Assembly: GCF_009914755.1 (NCBI RefSeq)
Contig: NC_060925.1
DNA length: 64,000 nucleotides
DNA from: the human T2T-CHM13v2.0 reference genome, Homo sapiens
Strand: one strand, 5' to 3'
The number at the start of each line of letters is the position of its first letter. The first letter of the stretch is position 1. A program made the translations under genes and the position numbers. Positions 1-12,963 of the stretch are shown piece after piece. Under the pieces are notes generated by a model. The model saw nothing but the letters and a program-made list of their open reading frames with translations, did not search any database and was not told the DNA's origin.

Positions 1-363
1 CTCACCTTCAAGGTGTACCATAATAGAAAAAAGTTGCAATTCCTTGCCTCCACTGTGAGACAAACCCCAGCCACATCTCCAGCACACAAGAACTTCCAAA
101 CGCCTGAACCGCAGCGGCCAGGCATTCCTCCAGAACCTCCTCCCCCAGGAGCTTGCTACACGTGCTGGAAATCTGGCCACTGGGCCAAGGAATGCCCGCA
201 GCCCGGGATTCCTCCTAAGCCGCGTCCCATCTGTGTGGGACCCCACTGAAAATCGGACTGTTCAACTCACCTGGCAGCCACTCCCAGAGCCCCTGGAACT
301 CTGGCCCAAGGCTCTCTGACTGACTCCTTCCCAGATCTTCTCGGCTTAGGGGCTGAAGACTGA
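1..363 (+). pseudogene. gag: HERV-H gag C-terminus (nucleocapsid), disrupted
   Basis: CYTCWKSGHWAKEC is a CX2CX4HX4C zinc knuckle. The second knuckle is broken (RPICVGPH*KSDC, TGA at 247-249). Probable gag stop GAAGAC-TGA at 361-363. Confidence 0.85.
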
Positions 364-2340
364 CACTGCCCGATCGCCTCGGAAGCCCCCTAGACCATCA
401 CGGACGCCGAGCTTCGGGTAACTCTCACAATGGAAGGTAAGCCCGTCCCCTTCTTAATCAATACGGAGGCTACCCACTCCACATTACCCTCTTTTCAAGG
501 GCCTGTTTCCCTTGCCTCCATAACTGTTGTGGGTATTGATGGCCAGGCTTCTAAACCTCTTAAAACTCCCCAACTCTGGTGCCAACTTAGACAATACTCT
601 TTTAAGCACTCCTTTTTAGTTATCCCCACCTGCCCAGTTCCCTTATTAGGCTGAGACACTTTAACTAAATTATCTGCTTCCCTGACTATTCCTGGACTAC
701 AGCTATATCTCATTGCCACCCTTCTTCCCAATCCAAAGCCTCCTTTGCATCCTCCTCTTCTATCCCCCCACCTTAACTCACAAGTATAAGATACCTCTAC
801 TCCCTCCTTGGTGACCGATCATGCACCCCTTACCATCTCATTAAAACCTAATCACCCTTACCCCACTCAATGCCAATATCCCACCTCACAGCATGCTTTG
901 AAAGGATTAAAGCCTGTTATCACCCGCCTGCTACAGCATGGCCTTTTAAAGCCTATAAACTCTCCTTACAATTCCCCCATTTTACCTGTCCTAAAACCAG
1001 ACAAGCCTTACAAGTTAGTTCAGGATCTGCACCTTATCAACCAAATTGTTTTGCCTATACACCCTGTGGTGCCAAACCCATATACTCTCCTATCCTCAAT
1101 ACCTGCCTCTACAACCCATTATCGTGTTCTAGATCTCAAACATGCCTTCTTTACTATTCCTTTGCACCCTTCATCCCAGCCTCTCTTCACTTTCACTTGG
1201 ACTGACCCTGACACCCATCAAGCTCAGCAAATTACCTAGGCTGTACTGCTGCAAAGCTTCACAGACAGCCCCCATTACTTCAATCAAGCCCAAATTTCTT
1301 CCTCATCTGTTACCTATTTCGGCATAATTCTCATAAAAACACACGTGCTCTCCCTGCCAATCCTGTCCGACTAATCTCTCAAACCCAAGCACCTTCTACA
1401 AAACAACTCCTTTCCTTCCTAGGCATGGTTAGCGCAGTCAGAATTTTTACACAAGAGCCAGGACCACACCCTGTAGCCTTTCTGTCCAAACAACTTAACC
1501 TTACTGTTTTAACCTAGCCCTCATGTCTGTGTGCAGCGGCTGCCGCTGCTTTAATACTGTTAGAGGCCCTCAAAATAAGTAGAGGCCTTTCCTACCGGGT
1601 CTGAGAAGGCCACCACGGTCATTTCTTCCCTTCTGTCAGACATAATTCCCCGGTTTGGCCTTCCCACCTCTATACAGTCTGATAACGGACCAGCCTTTAC
1701 TAGCCAAATCACCAAAGCAGTTTCTCAGGCTCTTGGTATTCAGTGGAACCTTCATACCCCTTACCGTCCTCAATCTTCAGGAAAGGTAGAACGGACTAAT
1801 GGTCTTTTAAAAGGCACACCTCACCAAGCTCAGCCTCCAACTTAAAAAGGATTGGACAGTACTTTTACCTCTTGCTCTTCTCAGAGTCAGAGCCTGTCCC
1901 CGAGATGCTACAGGGTACAGTCCATTTGAACTTTTATATGGACGCACTTTCTTGCTTGGCCCCAACCTCATCCCAGACACCAGCCCTCTAGGCTACTATC
2001 TTCCAGTGCTCTAGCAGGCTAGACAGGAAATTCGCCAGGCTGCTAATCTTCTCTTGCCTACTCCAGATCCCCAGCCATATGAAGACAACCTAGCTGGACG
2101 ATCAGTTCTTGTTAAGAATCTGACCCCTCAAACTCTATAACCTCAATGGACCGGACCCTACTTAGTCATCTATAGTACCCCGACTGCCGTCCGCCTGCAG
2201 GATCCTCCCCACTGGGTTCACCATTCCAGAATAAAGCTGTGTCCATCGGACAGCCAGCCTAATCCCTCCTCTTCCTCCTGGAAGTCGCAAGTACTCTCCC
2301 CCACTTCCCTTAAACTCACTCGTATTTCTGAAGAACAGTA
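364..2340 (+). pseudogene. pol: HERV-H pro-pol remnant with internal deletions, stops and frameshifts
   Basis: Protease region FLINTEATHS has lost the catalytic DTGA motif. RT motifs SPYNSPILPV and VLDLKHAFF are present with a stop at 1237-1239. Integrase-like segment at about 1580-2340. The region is only about 2 kb, far shorter than an intact pro-pol. End coordinate approximate. Confidence 0.85.
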
Positions 2341-2635
2341 ATAACCCTTATGAGCCTAATACATCCCTTCATTCTATTAGGTCTGTTCGTCCTTACCCTA
2401 CTTTTTGCAACAGGGCTTTACGAAGTCACCCCACCACTTAGGCCGAGCCCCAAAAAACTAGTCATCCCTACTATCTTCTGTCCGGTCATACTCCTATTCT
2501 CCATTCTCAACTACTTATAAATGCCCTACTCTTGTTTACACTGCTGGTTTACACTGTTTCTTCAAGCCATCACAGCTGATATCTCTTGGTGCTATCCCCA
2601 AACTGCCACTCTTAACTCCCTCTTAAAGTGGATAG

Positions 2636-3787
2636 ATGATCTTTGCTGGCAAGGCACCCTCCAATACTTCCACCCTGATGAAGTTCTATTCTTTACTTTT
2701 ATACTCACTCTTATTCTCATTCCCATTCTTATGTCACCCTCTACCTCTCCCCAGCTATCTCCACCACACTGTCAACCTTACCCATTCTCTCCTAGCTGCT
2801 TCTAATCCCTCCTTAGCGAACAACTGCTGGCTTTGCATTTCCCTTTCTTCCAGTGCCTACACAGCTGTCCCCGTCTTACAGACAGACTGGGCAACATCTC
2901 CCGTCTCCCTACACCTCCGAACTTCCTTTAACAGCCCTCACCTTTACCCTCCTGAAGAACTCATTTACTTTCTAGACAGGTTCAGCAAGACTTCCCCAGA
3001 CATTTCACATCAGCAAGCTGCCGCCCTCCTTCGCACTTATTTAAAAAACCTTTCTCCTTATATTAACTCTACTCCCCCCATATTTGGACCTCTCACAACA
3101 CAAACTACTATTCCTGTGGCTGCTCCTTTATGTATCTCTCGGCAAAGACCCACTGGAATTCCCCTGGGTAACCTTTCACCTTCTCGATGTTCCTTTACTC
3201 TTCATCTCCGAAGTCCAACTACACACATCACTGAAACAATTGGAGCCTTCCAGCTCCATATTACAGACAAGCCCTCTATCAATACTGACAAACTTAAAAA
3301 CATTAGCAGTAATTATTGCTTAGGAAGACACGTGCCCTGTATTTCACTCCATCCTTGGCTACCTTCCCCTTGCTCATCAGACTCTCCTCCCAGGCCCTCT
3401 TCTTGTTTACTTATACCCAGCCCCGAAAATAACAGTGAAAGGTTGCTCGTAGATACTCAACGTTTTCTCATACACCATGAAAATCGAACCTCCCCCTCTA
3501 CGCAGTTACCCCATCAGTCCCCATTACAACCTCTGACAGCTGCCGCCCTAGGTGGATCCCTAGGAGTCTGGGTACAAGACACCCCTTTCAGCACTCCTTC
3601 TCACCTTTTTACTTTACATCTCCAGTTTTGCCTCGCACAAGGTCTCTTCTTCCTCTGTGGATCCTCTACCTACATGTGTCTACCTGCCAATTGGACAGCC
3701 ACATGTACACTAGTCTTCCTTACCCCCAAAATTCAATTTGCAAATGGGACCGAAGAGCTCCCTGTTCCCCTCATGACACCGACATGA
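2636..3787 (+). CDS. env: HERV-H env surface (SU) ORF, 383 aa, ending at a premature TGA in the furin site
   Basis: Signal-peptide-like MKFYSLLLYSLLFSFPFLC (second ATG at 2678), CWLC (CXXC) motif and many N-X-S/T sequons. Ends …LMTPT*QKR. Expression is not shown by the sequence. Confidence 0.85.
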   Translation: MIFAGKAPSNTSTLMKFYSLLLYSLLFSFPFLCHPLPLPSYLHHTVNLTHSLLAASNPSLANNCWLCISLSSSAYTAVPVLQTDWATSPVSLHLRTSFNSPHLYPPEELIYFLDRFSKTSPDISHQQAAALLRTYLKNLSPYINSTPPIFGPLTTQTTIPVAAPLCISRQRPTGIPLGNLSPSRCSFTLHLRSPTTHITETIGAFQLHITDKPSINTDKLKNISSNYCLGRHVPCISLHPWLPSPCSSDSPPRPSSCLLIPSPENNSERLLVDTQRFLIHHENRTSPSTQLPHQSPLQPLTAAALGGSLGVWVQDTPFSTPSHLFTLHLQFCLAQGLFFLCGSSTYMCLPANWTATCTLVFLTPKIQFANGTEELPVPLMTPT

Positions 3788-4390
3788 CAAAAAAGAGTTA
3801 TTCCACTAATTCCCTTGATGGTCGGTTTAGGACTTTCTGCCTCCATGATTGCTCTCGGTACTGGAATAGCAGGCATTTCAACGTCTGTCATGACCTTCTG
3901 TAGCCTGTCTAATGACTTCTCTGCTAGCATCACACACATATCACAAACTTTATCAGTCCTCCAGGCCCAAGTTGACTCTTTAGCTGCAGTTGTCCTCCAA
4001 AACCGCCGAGGCCTTGACTTACTCAATGCTGAAAAAGGAGGACTCTGCATATTCTTAAATGAGGAGTGTTGTTTTTACCTAAATCAATCTGGCCTGGTGT
4101 ATGACAACATAAAAAAACTCAAGGATAGAGCCCAAAAACTTGCCAACCAAGCAAGTAATTACGCTGAACCCCCTTGGGCACTCTCTAATTGGATGTCCTG
4201 GGTCCTCCCAATTCTTAGTCCTTTAATACCCATTTTTTTCCTTCTTTTATTCGGACCTTGTATCTTCCATTTAGTTTCTCAATTCATCCAAAACCATATC
4301 CAGGCCATCACCAATCATTCTATACGACAAATGTTTCTTCTAACATCCCCACAATATCACCCCTTACCACAAGACCTCCCTTCAGCTTAA
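3788..4390 (+). CDS. env: HERV-H env transmembrane (TM) portion, same frame as SU and open to the natural stop
   Basis: QKR-VIPLIPLMVGLG fusion peptide, immunosuppressive domain LQNRRGLDLLNAEKGGLC, CX6CC (CIFLNEECC), anchor WVLPILSPLIPIFFLLLFGPCIF and cytoplasmic tail. In-frame ATG at 3818. Confidence 0.8.
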   Translation, partial: QKRVIPLIPLMVGLGLSASMIALGTGIAGISTSVMTFCSLSNDFSASITHISQTLSVLQAQVDSLAAVVLQNRRGLDLLNAEKGGLCIFLNEECCFYLNQSGLVYDNIKKLKDRAQKLANQASNYAEPPWALSNWMSWVLPILSPLIPIFFLLLFGPCIFHLVSQFIQNHIQAITNHSIRQMFLLTSPQYHPLPQDLPSA

Positions 4391-4547
4391 TCTCTCCCAC
4401 TCTAGGTTCCCACGCCGCCCCTAATCGCACTTGAAGCAGCCCTGAGAAACATCGTCCATTCTCTCTCCATACCACCCCCCAAAAATTTTCGCCGCCCCAA
4501 CACTTCAATACTATTTTGTTTTATTTTTCTTATTAAGAAGGCAGGAA

Positions 4548-5031
4548 TGTCAGGCCTCTGAGCCCAAGCCAAGCCATCGCATCCCCTGTGACCTGCACGT
4601 ATACGCCCAGATGGCCTGAAGTAACTAAAGAATCACAAAAGAAGTGAATATGTCCTGCCCCACCTTAACTGATGACATTCCACCACAAAAGAAATGTAAA
4701 TGGCCGGTCCTTGCCTTAACTTATGACATTACCTTGTGAAAGTCCTTTTCCTGGCTCATCCTGGCTCAAAAATCACCCCCACTGAGCACCTTGCGACCCC
4801 CACTCCTGCCCACTGAGCACCTTGCGACCCCCACTCCCACCCGCCAGAGAACAAACCCCCTTTGACTGTAATTTTCCTTTACCTACCCAAATCCTATAAA
4901 ATGGCCCCACCCTTATCTCCCTTCACTGACTCTCTTTTCAGACTCAGCCCGCCTGCACCCAGGTGAAATAAACAGCTTTATTGCTCACACAAAGCCTGTT
5001 TGGTGGTCTCTTCACACGGACACGCATGAAA
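4548..5031 (+). mobile_element. HERV-H 3' LTR (LTR7 family)
   Basis: Starts TGTCAGGCCTCTGAG and ends …GGACACGCATGAAA. TATAAA at 4895-4900, AATAAA at 4967-4972, U3 imperfect repeats at about 4634-4730. Confidence 0.95.
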
Positions 5032-5061
5032 TCCTGTAAGAGCAGGGAACAAGTCTACTGG

Positions 5062-5824
5062 TGATAAAGACAGGAGGCAGGGAAATGCTGGGTAGAAGAG
5101 GGCAGTTCCCTGGCAAAGGCCCCACCCTGAAGCCTGGAAACCCACAGCCCTAAATAAAAAAAGGCACTTCTGTTTTCACACCCAAGTGTTGCCTTTTGGC
5201 CCACCATGCCCCACTATCCTATACCCATATAAACCCCAAACCCCAGGCTCCATGAGCAGAAGAGCAGAGGAACAGGAGAATAGCAGAGCAGTGCCACATA
5301 GAAGAAGAGAAGAAAAGGAGCATCTGAACATTGAGAGGATTTCGGCTGGGGTTAGTCAGAGAGGAGATTGGCCGCCGGATGCCCAAACTCCAGGGGAAGA
5401 TCATCTTCCCACTCCATCCCCTTTCCAGTTTCCCATCCATTCCACTGAGAGCCACCTCCATCCAGCAATAAAATCCCCCACATTTACCATCCTTCAGTTT
5501 ATCCATGTAACCTGATTCTTCTTGGACACCGGACAAGAACCCAGGTACCAAGAAAGCACTGAGCTGGTTAACACTTAAGCCATATGTGGATGGCACAGCT
5601 AAAAGGGCATTGTAACACACCCACTGGGGCTTTGGGAGTCACAAGCACCCACCCCTAGATACTACCATGGGACTGGAGCCCAAAAGTTCTTGCCCTGGCT
5701 CCCACACCTGCCCATCTGCATGCTCCCTCTCCTGCAAGGAGTTTGAGTGCAAGGCGGTCAAGCAGACAAGCCACACCTCTGTCACATATCCTGCAACAGG
5801 GTGTCAGGGAATTCTCCCATTTCA
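5062..5824 (+). mobile_element. Solo ERV1 LTR, MER50-like
   Basis: TG…CA termini, 4-bp TSD CTGG (5058-5061 and 5825-5828), internal TATAAA and AATAAA. The start resembles the MER50 consensus. Confidence 0.8.
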
Positions 5825-6849
5825 CTGGAGCCCAATTATATTCCTATGATCCAACAGAGATCCAGTGTTAGTAGATGCCAATAAACACCAAGTAAATGGA
5901 GAAATTAATCACTTTGGGAAGCAATTGACAGACACCACTAGTGTCCTTTCCATGTGAAAAACTTTCATTTCATATATGCAGTTTACATTAATATGCCTAT
6001 AGATATTGCCTCATACATGCCCACAAAACAGAGATAATGCTGCATATTAGATATAAGGGGAAAAAAACCCTCAAAATAGGATACTTGCTGAAAGTTTTTA
6101 ATGAGGCTTTAACAGCTCTGTAAATTAAAGTTCTAATTTGCACAGTTTTGTGAAGTAAACAAGGAGAGAACAGCATCAGATGTAGGCTGCTGCTTGCTGC
6201 CTCCACTCAACACATTTTAAGTGAGGGTCAAATTGATTTTGCAATCTTTAATTATATTTCTTTAATTTTTTTCCAACTACTGAATTTATAAGTATGCAGA
6301 AGAAATCTGTTTTCAAGCAACTATATTTCTCACAGTTGAACTTAATAATGTAGCATATTAACACGGATTATATAAGCTATGAAAAATACATTACAGAGGT
6401 GCAGTAGCATCAAGGCAATAACTGGTCAACTGTATACTCAAGTGTCTATTTCATATTTTTACTGACTAAATTCCTTCTTAGGATAAAATAAAATATAGTC
6501 CTTTCTATTTACAAAAATTCCCTTCTGAATGTGAATGAGATCAAAAGAAACCCTATTTCATTAAAAAAAGTTATTTCATTGAAATTGTACAAGATTCTCA
6601 TTGTCAGCATAATTTAATGAAAGTCATTTTCTTATTTTTATGACAAACAGTATATACCAATTTGTTTCAGGTGAAATTTGGAGTGATAAGCAGTATACAC
6701 ACTGCTTAAGTTTCTATCTGAAAGAGCTCAGAATTTAAATGGTAAAATAATATTAAAATTGTTTGGTTTCCAAAGTTAAAGCAACTTGTTCATTACAGTG
6801 TAAATCAATGGTTCCCATACTTGAATGTTGCAAGAATCACTTGGAGAAT

Positions 6850-7270
6850 ATTTTATTAATTTTAGTGAGATAAAAATTTACATATATACTGAAGCACATC
6901 TGTTTAAATGGTTCAGTTCGATATGTTTTGACAGATGTACACACTTGTAAAACCACTACCTTGATTGTTACACAGCATTTCCATCACCCCCTCCTCCTCA
7001 GGCCTAGGCAACTGCTGATCTCCTTTTTGTCACTATACATTAATTATTATTAAGAATTTTATATAAGTGGAATTACGATTAAGTGTTCTTCTGCTCTTTC
7101 CTTTGTATTGCTTACTAGTATTTCATCACATACATATACCACATTTTATTAATCAATTCACCTACTGATGGATATTTGAGTTGTTTCCAGTTTCTGGCTC
7201 TTGTGAATGTAGGCGCAATGCGTATGTGTGTGCCAGCCTTTTGTATGTACAAATTGTTTCATTTCCCTTA
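6850..7270 (-). mobile_element. Old L1 (L1M) 3' fragment
   Basis: Typical antisense L1M text (tgatggatatttgagttgtttccagtt; catttccatcacccc). Boundaries approximate. Confidence 0.6.
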
Positions 7271-7377
7271 GACAAATAGCTGGGGTGGGGGTGGGTAAGA
7301 TAGCTCTGTCTTTAATAGTGTAGATCTGTATATCTTATCCAAATGCAAATTTCTAGGTACTTCTCCAGAGATTAGGA

Positions 7378-8116
7378 TGAAACTGATTTTACAAAATTAC
7401 GACAGTAAGAGAAATCTGACATAGTTGACTCCATCTTGCTTCTAACCTTCAAGCTGTCTTTGGCCATTCCTGGACACTGGGAGAAATTTAGTTCATAGTT
7501 TAACTTGAAAGCAAAGATGATCATAGATGATCATCCCTCCCTAAAACTAACCTCCTCCCTTCTCAGAGACTAAAAACCACCTTCATAAGACTAATGAAAG
7601 GCCACAAGAATAGGATTACGGGAGGGGCCTGAATGCTGCTAAAATGTAGGTGTAATTTTTATAATTGCTTACTGTTCAGGAATAATGTGGTCAGAGGTCA
7701 CAAGATTGGTGACTTCCCCAATTGCTCCTATAGATAACATCACTATTGTAAAACCCAAGATTGCTTTTTTGAGATGTTTTTCAAACTGATCCCACCTGGA
7801 CTAATGACTCATGACTCAACCCATCCTGTTGCCCCACCCAGAGACAGACTTAATACAGGAGGACCATTTTCCATGCTCTTATGATTTCATCTTCAACTTA
7901 TCAGCAGCACCCATTCCCTAGCCCCTCTGCCCACTAAATTATCCATAAAAATCCTAACCTTCAAGACTTCAGAGAGACTGATTTGAGTGATAACTCCAGT
8001 TCTTCCACTTGGCTGGCTTGGCTTAAATTAAACTTTTTACTGCAATGCTGCAGTCTCGGTTAATTGATTTTGTTTATGAAGCAGGCAAGCAGAACCTTTT
8101 GCCTTGGACAATTGCA
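7378..8116 (+). mobile_element. Solo LTR8-family LTR (ERV1)
   Basis: TGAAAC…TTGCA termini, LTR8 signature GACTCCATCTTGCTTCTAACC, near-TSD AGGA/AGAA. Confidence 0.8.
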
Positions 8117-9008
8117 AGAATGCAATAGATCCATGCTGGGATTCAGAATTTCATTTTTTTTTAAACCATTCAGCTATGCTAATTCTTATAAGGAAGATCT
8201 TCTAACATTTTGCAGACATTCTATAAATAATCTTATTAGATGATTAAATAAAATTGCAACTTTTAGTGAGTCAATCTATGAATGGTACATGTACAATATC
8301 AGTGAAAATATCAGCATGCCCTTCTTAAAAACATTCTTGGTATCAGGCTGTAACCTCCACAGTGGTCTTATAAAGATGAATAAAATTACGTTCAAAATTT
8401 TCAATGTGATGGCCCTTGCATGATCTGGCCCCTTTTTTATTTCAGCCTCACCATGCACCCTTCTGGCAAGAATCTAATTTATATTAGAATTTCCAAGTTT
8501 TTCTTGCTTACTAATTTGTTTATTTATGTACATGTCATCTCCCACATTAAGACATTGATACATGATACTTTCTCTACCTGGACTCCTTTACTTTCCTTCT
8601 TTCTTTTTCTTTCTTTCTTTCTTTTTTTTTTCTTTTTTTTTTTTTTTTTTTTTGGCCTAGCTAACTCAACTTGCCTCATCCTCGGAGAGGTCTTCACTAA
8701 TCCTCTAGACTGGGTTGAGTGCTTCTGTTATGTTACAGTATTTTTTCACATCTTATTTTTGGACTTTGCAGGCTTGAAACATTTATTCAGTAACTTTTCA
8801 AAGTAAAGTATAACAAAAATAAAGTGCACTAATTATCAAGGTATATTTTGATGGACATTTACAAAATAAATCTACACTTATAAACTCCTCTCAGACTAAT
8901 TTATAAAATAATTCCAGAATCTCAGAGGGCTTCTTTTTGCTTCCTTTCAGTTATTACCCCATCTACTGATTTCTGTCACCACTGATTTCACTTTGCAGCT
9001 TTAGAAAT

Positions 9009-10309
<1,301 letters not shown>

Positions 10310-10579
10310 AGAAATTTATATAAATAGAATACTAGACTCTTTAGATTCTAGCTTCTTTTACTCACTAACAGGTTATAAGATTCACCCACATTGTTCTCTG
10401 AAGCAATAGTTGGCTCATTTTTATTTCTATATGCAGTCCACTGAATAAATTTATTATAATTTATTATCCATTCTACTGTTGATAGAAATTTGGATTGTTA
10501 CCAGTTTTTGATTATTAGAAATAAAGTTGCTATGAACAACTTTGCATGTGCTTTTTAGAGCACATATGTATGTATGTAT

Positions 10580-10871
10580 TATTATTATTTTTTAGAGACA
10601 GGATCTTGCTCTGTCACCCAGGCTGGAGTGCAGTGGTGCAATCAAGGCTCACCGCAGCCTTGAACTCTTGGGTTCAAGAGATTCTCTTACCTCAGCCTCC
10701 TGAGTAACTGGGACTACAGGTGCCTCACCATGCCCAGCTAATTTTTCAGCTTTTTGTAGAGATGAGGTCTCACTATGTCACCCAGGCTAGTCTTGAACTC
10801 CTGAGCACAAGCAATACTCTTGCCTTGGCCTCTCAAAGTGCTGGAATTATAGGTGTGAGCCACTGTGCCCT
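10580..10871 (-). mobile_element. Alu (AluJ-like)
   Basis: Diverged antisense Alu dimer with a (TAT)n/T tail. Confidence 0.9.
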
Positions 10872-11876
10872 GCATATATATGTATTTATTTGGGGTATTT
10901 ATGTGGCAATATGTTATTACTATACTTATCTGTTCTTTTGCCTATACTATACATGCTTACCTACTGCAGTCTTATAGTTAGTCTTGATACATAAGCCTTC
11001 CTACTTTGCCTTTTTTTAGTATTGCCTTGGCTACTCTAAGTACTTTCCTCTCTCATGTGCATATTAAAATTAGCTTGTAAATTTTTACAGAAATCCTGGG
11101 ATTTTGAGAGGGACTATATGGATTCTACAGATCAAACTAGGAAGACTTGCTATTTAACAATATTAAGTCTTTAGATCCATGAACATGGCATAACTTTCCA
11201 TTTATTTGGTCTTTAATTTCTCACAGTAATTTTTTGTAGTTTTCAGAGTGGAGGTCCTACATTACCTTTTAGCAGACTTGTTTCTAAGTCATTTATGTGT
11301 GTTAGTTCTAGTAAGCATGGTACTTTTAAACATTTCATTTTCTACTTGTTTTTTGCTATTCAATAGAAACATTTGATTTCTGTACATTGACCTTTATTCG
11401 ACACTTTTCTAAGTTTACTGAGTAAACTGAATAGTTTATATATTATTTTGACATCAATAAAAATAATGACATCTACAAATAAAGATGGTTTACTTCTTCT
11501 TTGACATACCTAATACTTATTTATTTTATTGCTATATTGCTCTGGCTAGTACTATACTTCCAGTACAACATTAAATAAAAGTGGTGATAGTGAATTTCCT
11601 TGTCCTGTACCTGAGCTCTGGGAAAAAGCACTTGATATTTTACTATTAGAGGTCTTTTACAAAAACAATTTATTAGGATGTGTTCTTTCATTCCTAGTTT
11701 GCTGAGAATTGTTATGAATAGTTATTATATTTTATTAAATGCATTTGTTAAATCTGTGGTGATAATTTAGAATGTTTCATTTTTACTATGTTAATGTGTT
11801 GAATCACATACATTTTGAAAAGATTACACACTACTGGAATAAAACCTGCATGGTCATGATATAACATTTTATTTAT

Positions 11877-11879
<3 letters not shown>

Positions 11880-11917
<38 letters not shown>
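11880..11917. repeat. (CA)n microsatellite, about 19 units
   Basis: Perfect CA run. Confidence 0.97.
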
Positions 11918-11920
<3 letters not shown>

Positions 11921-12831
11921 AATATTAGAATCTACTTTTGTGATTATTATTGACCTGTGTTTTCCTTTATGTTAATTTCTTTGTCAGATTTTAGTGTATA
12001 AGTTCTTCTGACCTCATAAAATGAGATAGAAACCATTGCAATTTTCTATTTTCTGTAAGAGTTTTTTTGTAGGATTGCTATTATTTCTACTGTAATTGTT
12101 TGATGAAATCCACCAATCGGGCCACCTTCCCTGGGGTTTTCTTTATGTAAAAGACTTAACTATAGATTTCATTTTTAAAACACATCTAGGACCACATAGA
12201 TTTTCTAGATCTTCTTGTGTCAGTTTAAATTTGGAGATTTTTCTCCCATGCAAAGGATCTCTGTATTTTGCCTGTATTGTCAAGGTTTTAGCGTAGTGCT
12301 GTTCTTAATACATTATTATTTTTTTTAATGTCTGTAAGATTTCTAGTAATGGCTCTTTGCATCCCTGAGAGTAGTAATCTGTACTTTCTCCTTTCCTTGA
12401 TCACTTGCAAAGAAATTTTTCCCCAAATTTTCTAGAATCAATTCTTGGTCTTATTTTCTCCATTACATTTCTGTTTGCTATATCATTGATTTCTCTTATT
12501 TTTATAATTTCTTTTATTCAAATATTTTTTGGGTGTCATATGCTGCTTTAATTTCCTGGTTTCTTCTTGAGTGGGAAGCTAATTGATTGTTAACTATTCC
12601 CTTTTTCTAATATATGCATTTAAAGCTATAAAGCAATATCAGATTCCTGATATTGTCCATCCTACAATGTTTTTATATGTATTAAGGCATTATTATCATT
12701 AGATAAAAATAATTTTTAATTTCCATAATTTCTTTTTGAGCCAGGGATATTTTCCAATTGGATTGTGTTTTAGATTTGGAGTTCTAGTTTAATCTCACAG
12801 TTGTCAGAGAACTTGAAATATTATGAGATCA

Positions 12832-12963
12832 AGCTGAATGCAGTGGCTCATCACATCTGTAATCCTAACACTTTGGGAGACTGAAGTGGGAAGACTGCTT
12901 GAGCCCAGGGGTTCAAGACCAGCCTGAGCAACACAGTAAGACCTCGTCTCTTAAAAAAAAAAA
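12832..12963 (+). mobile_element. Alu monomer (FLAM-like)
   Basis: Left-arm Alu sequence followed by an A tail. Confidence 0.8.

Larger units (their letters stand above)
1..5031 (+). mobile_element. HERV-H provirus, 3' portion (gag end, pro, deleted pol, env, 3' LTR7); 5' end lies outside the window
   Basis: Gag CCHC knuckle, protease-like and RT motifs, integrase remnant, gammaretroviral env, polypurine tract AAGAAGGCAGGAA at 4535-4547, then an LTR starting TGTCAGGCCTCTGAGCCCAAG. C-rich/G-poor composition typical of HERV-H. Confidence 0.97.

Noticed and set aside
2521-2805. 94-aa ORF overlapping the env start, and other alternative-frame ORFs in the provirus (870-1205, 3084-3323, 3628-3903, 3733-4050)
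   Set aside because: Shadow frames of HERV-H sequence with no independent motifs.
8420-8806. 128-aa hydrophobic ORF resembling a membrane protein
   Set aside because: The Phe run comes from a (TTTC)/poly-T low-complexity tract.
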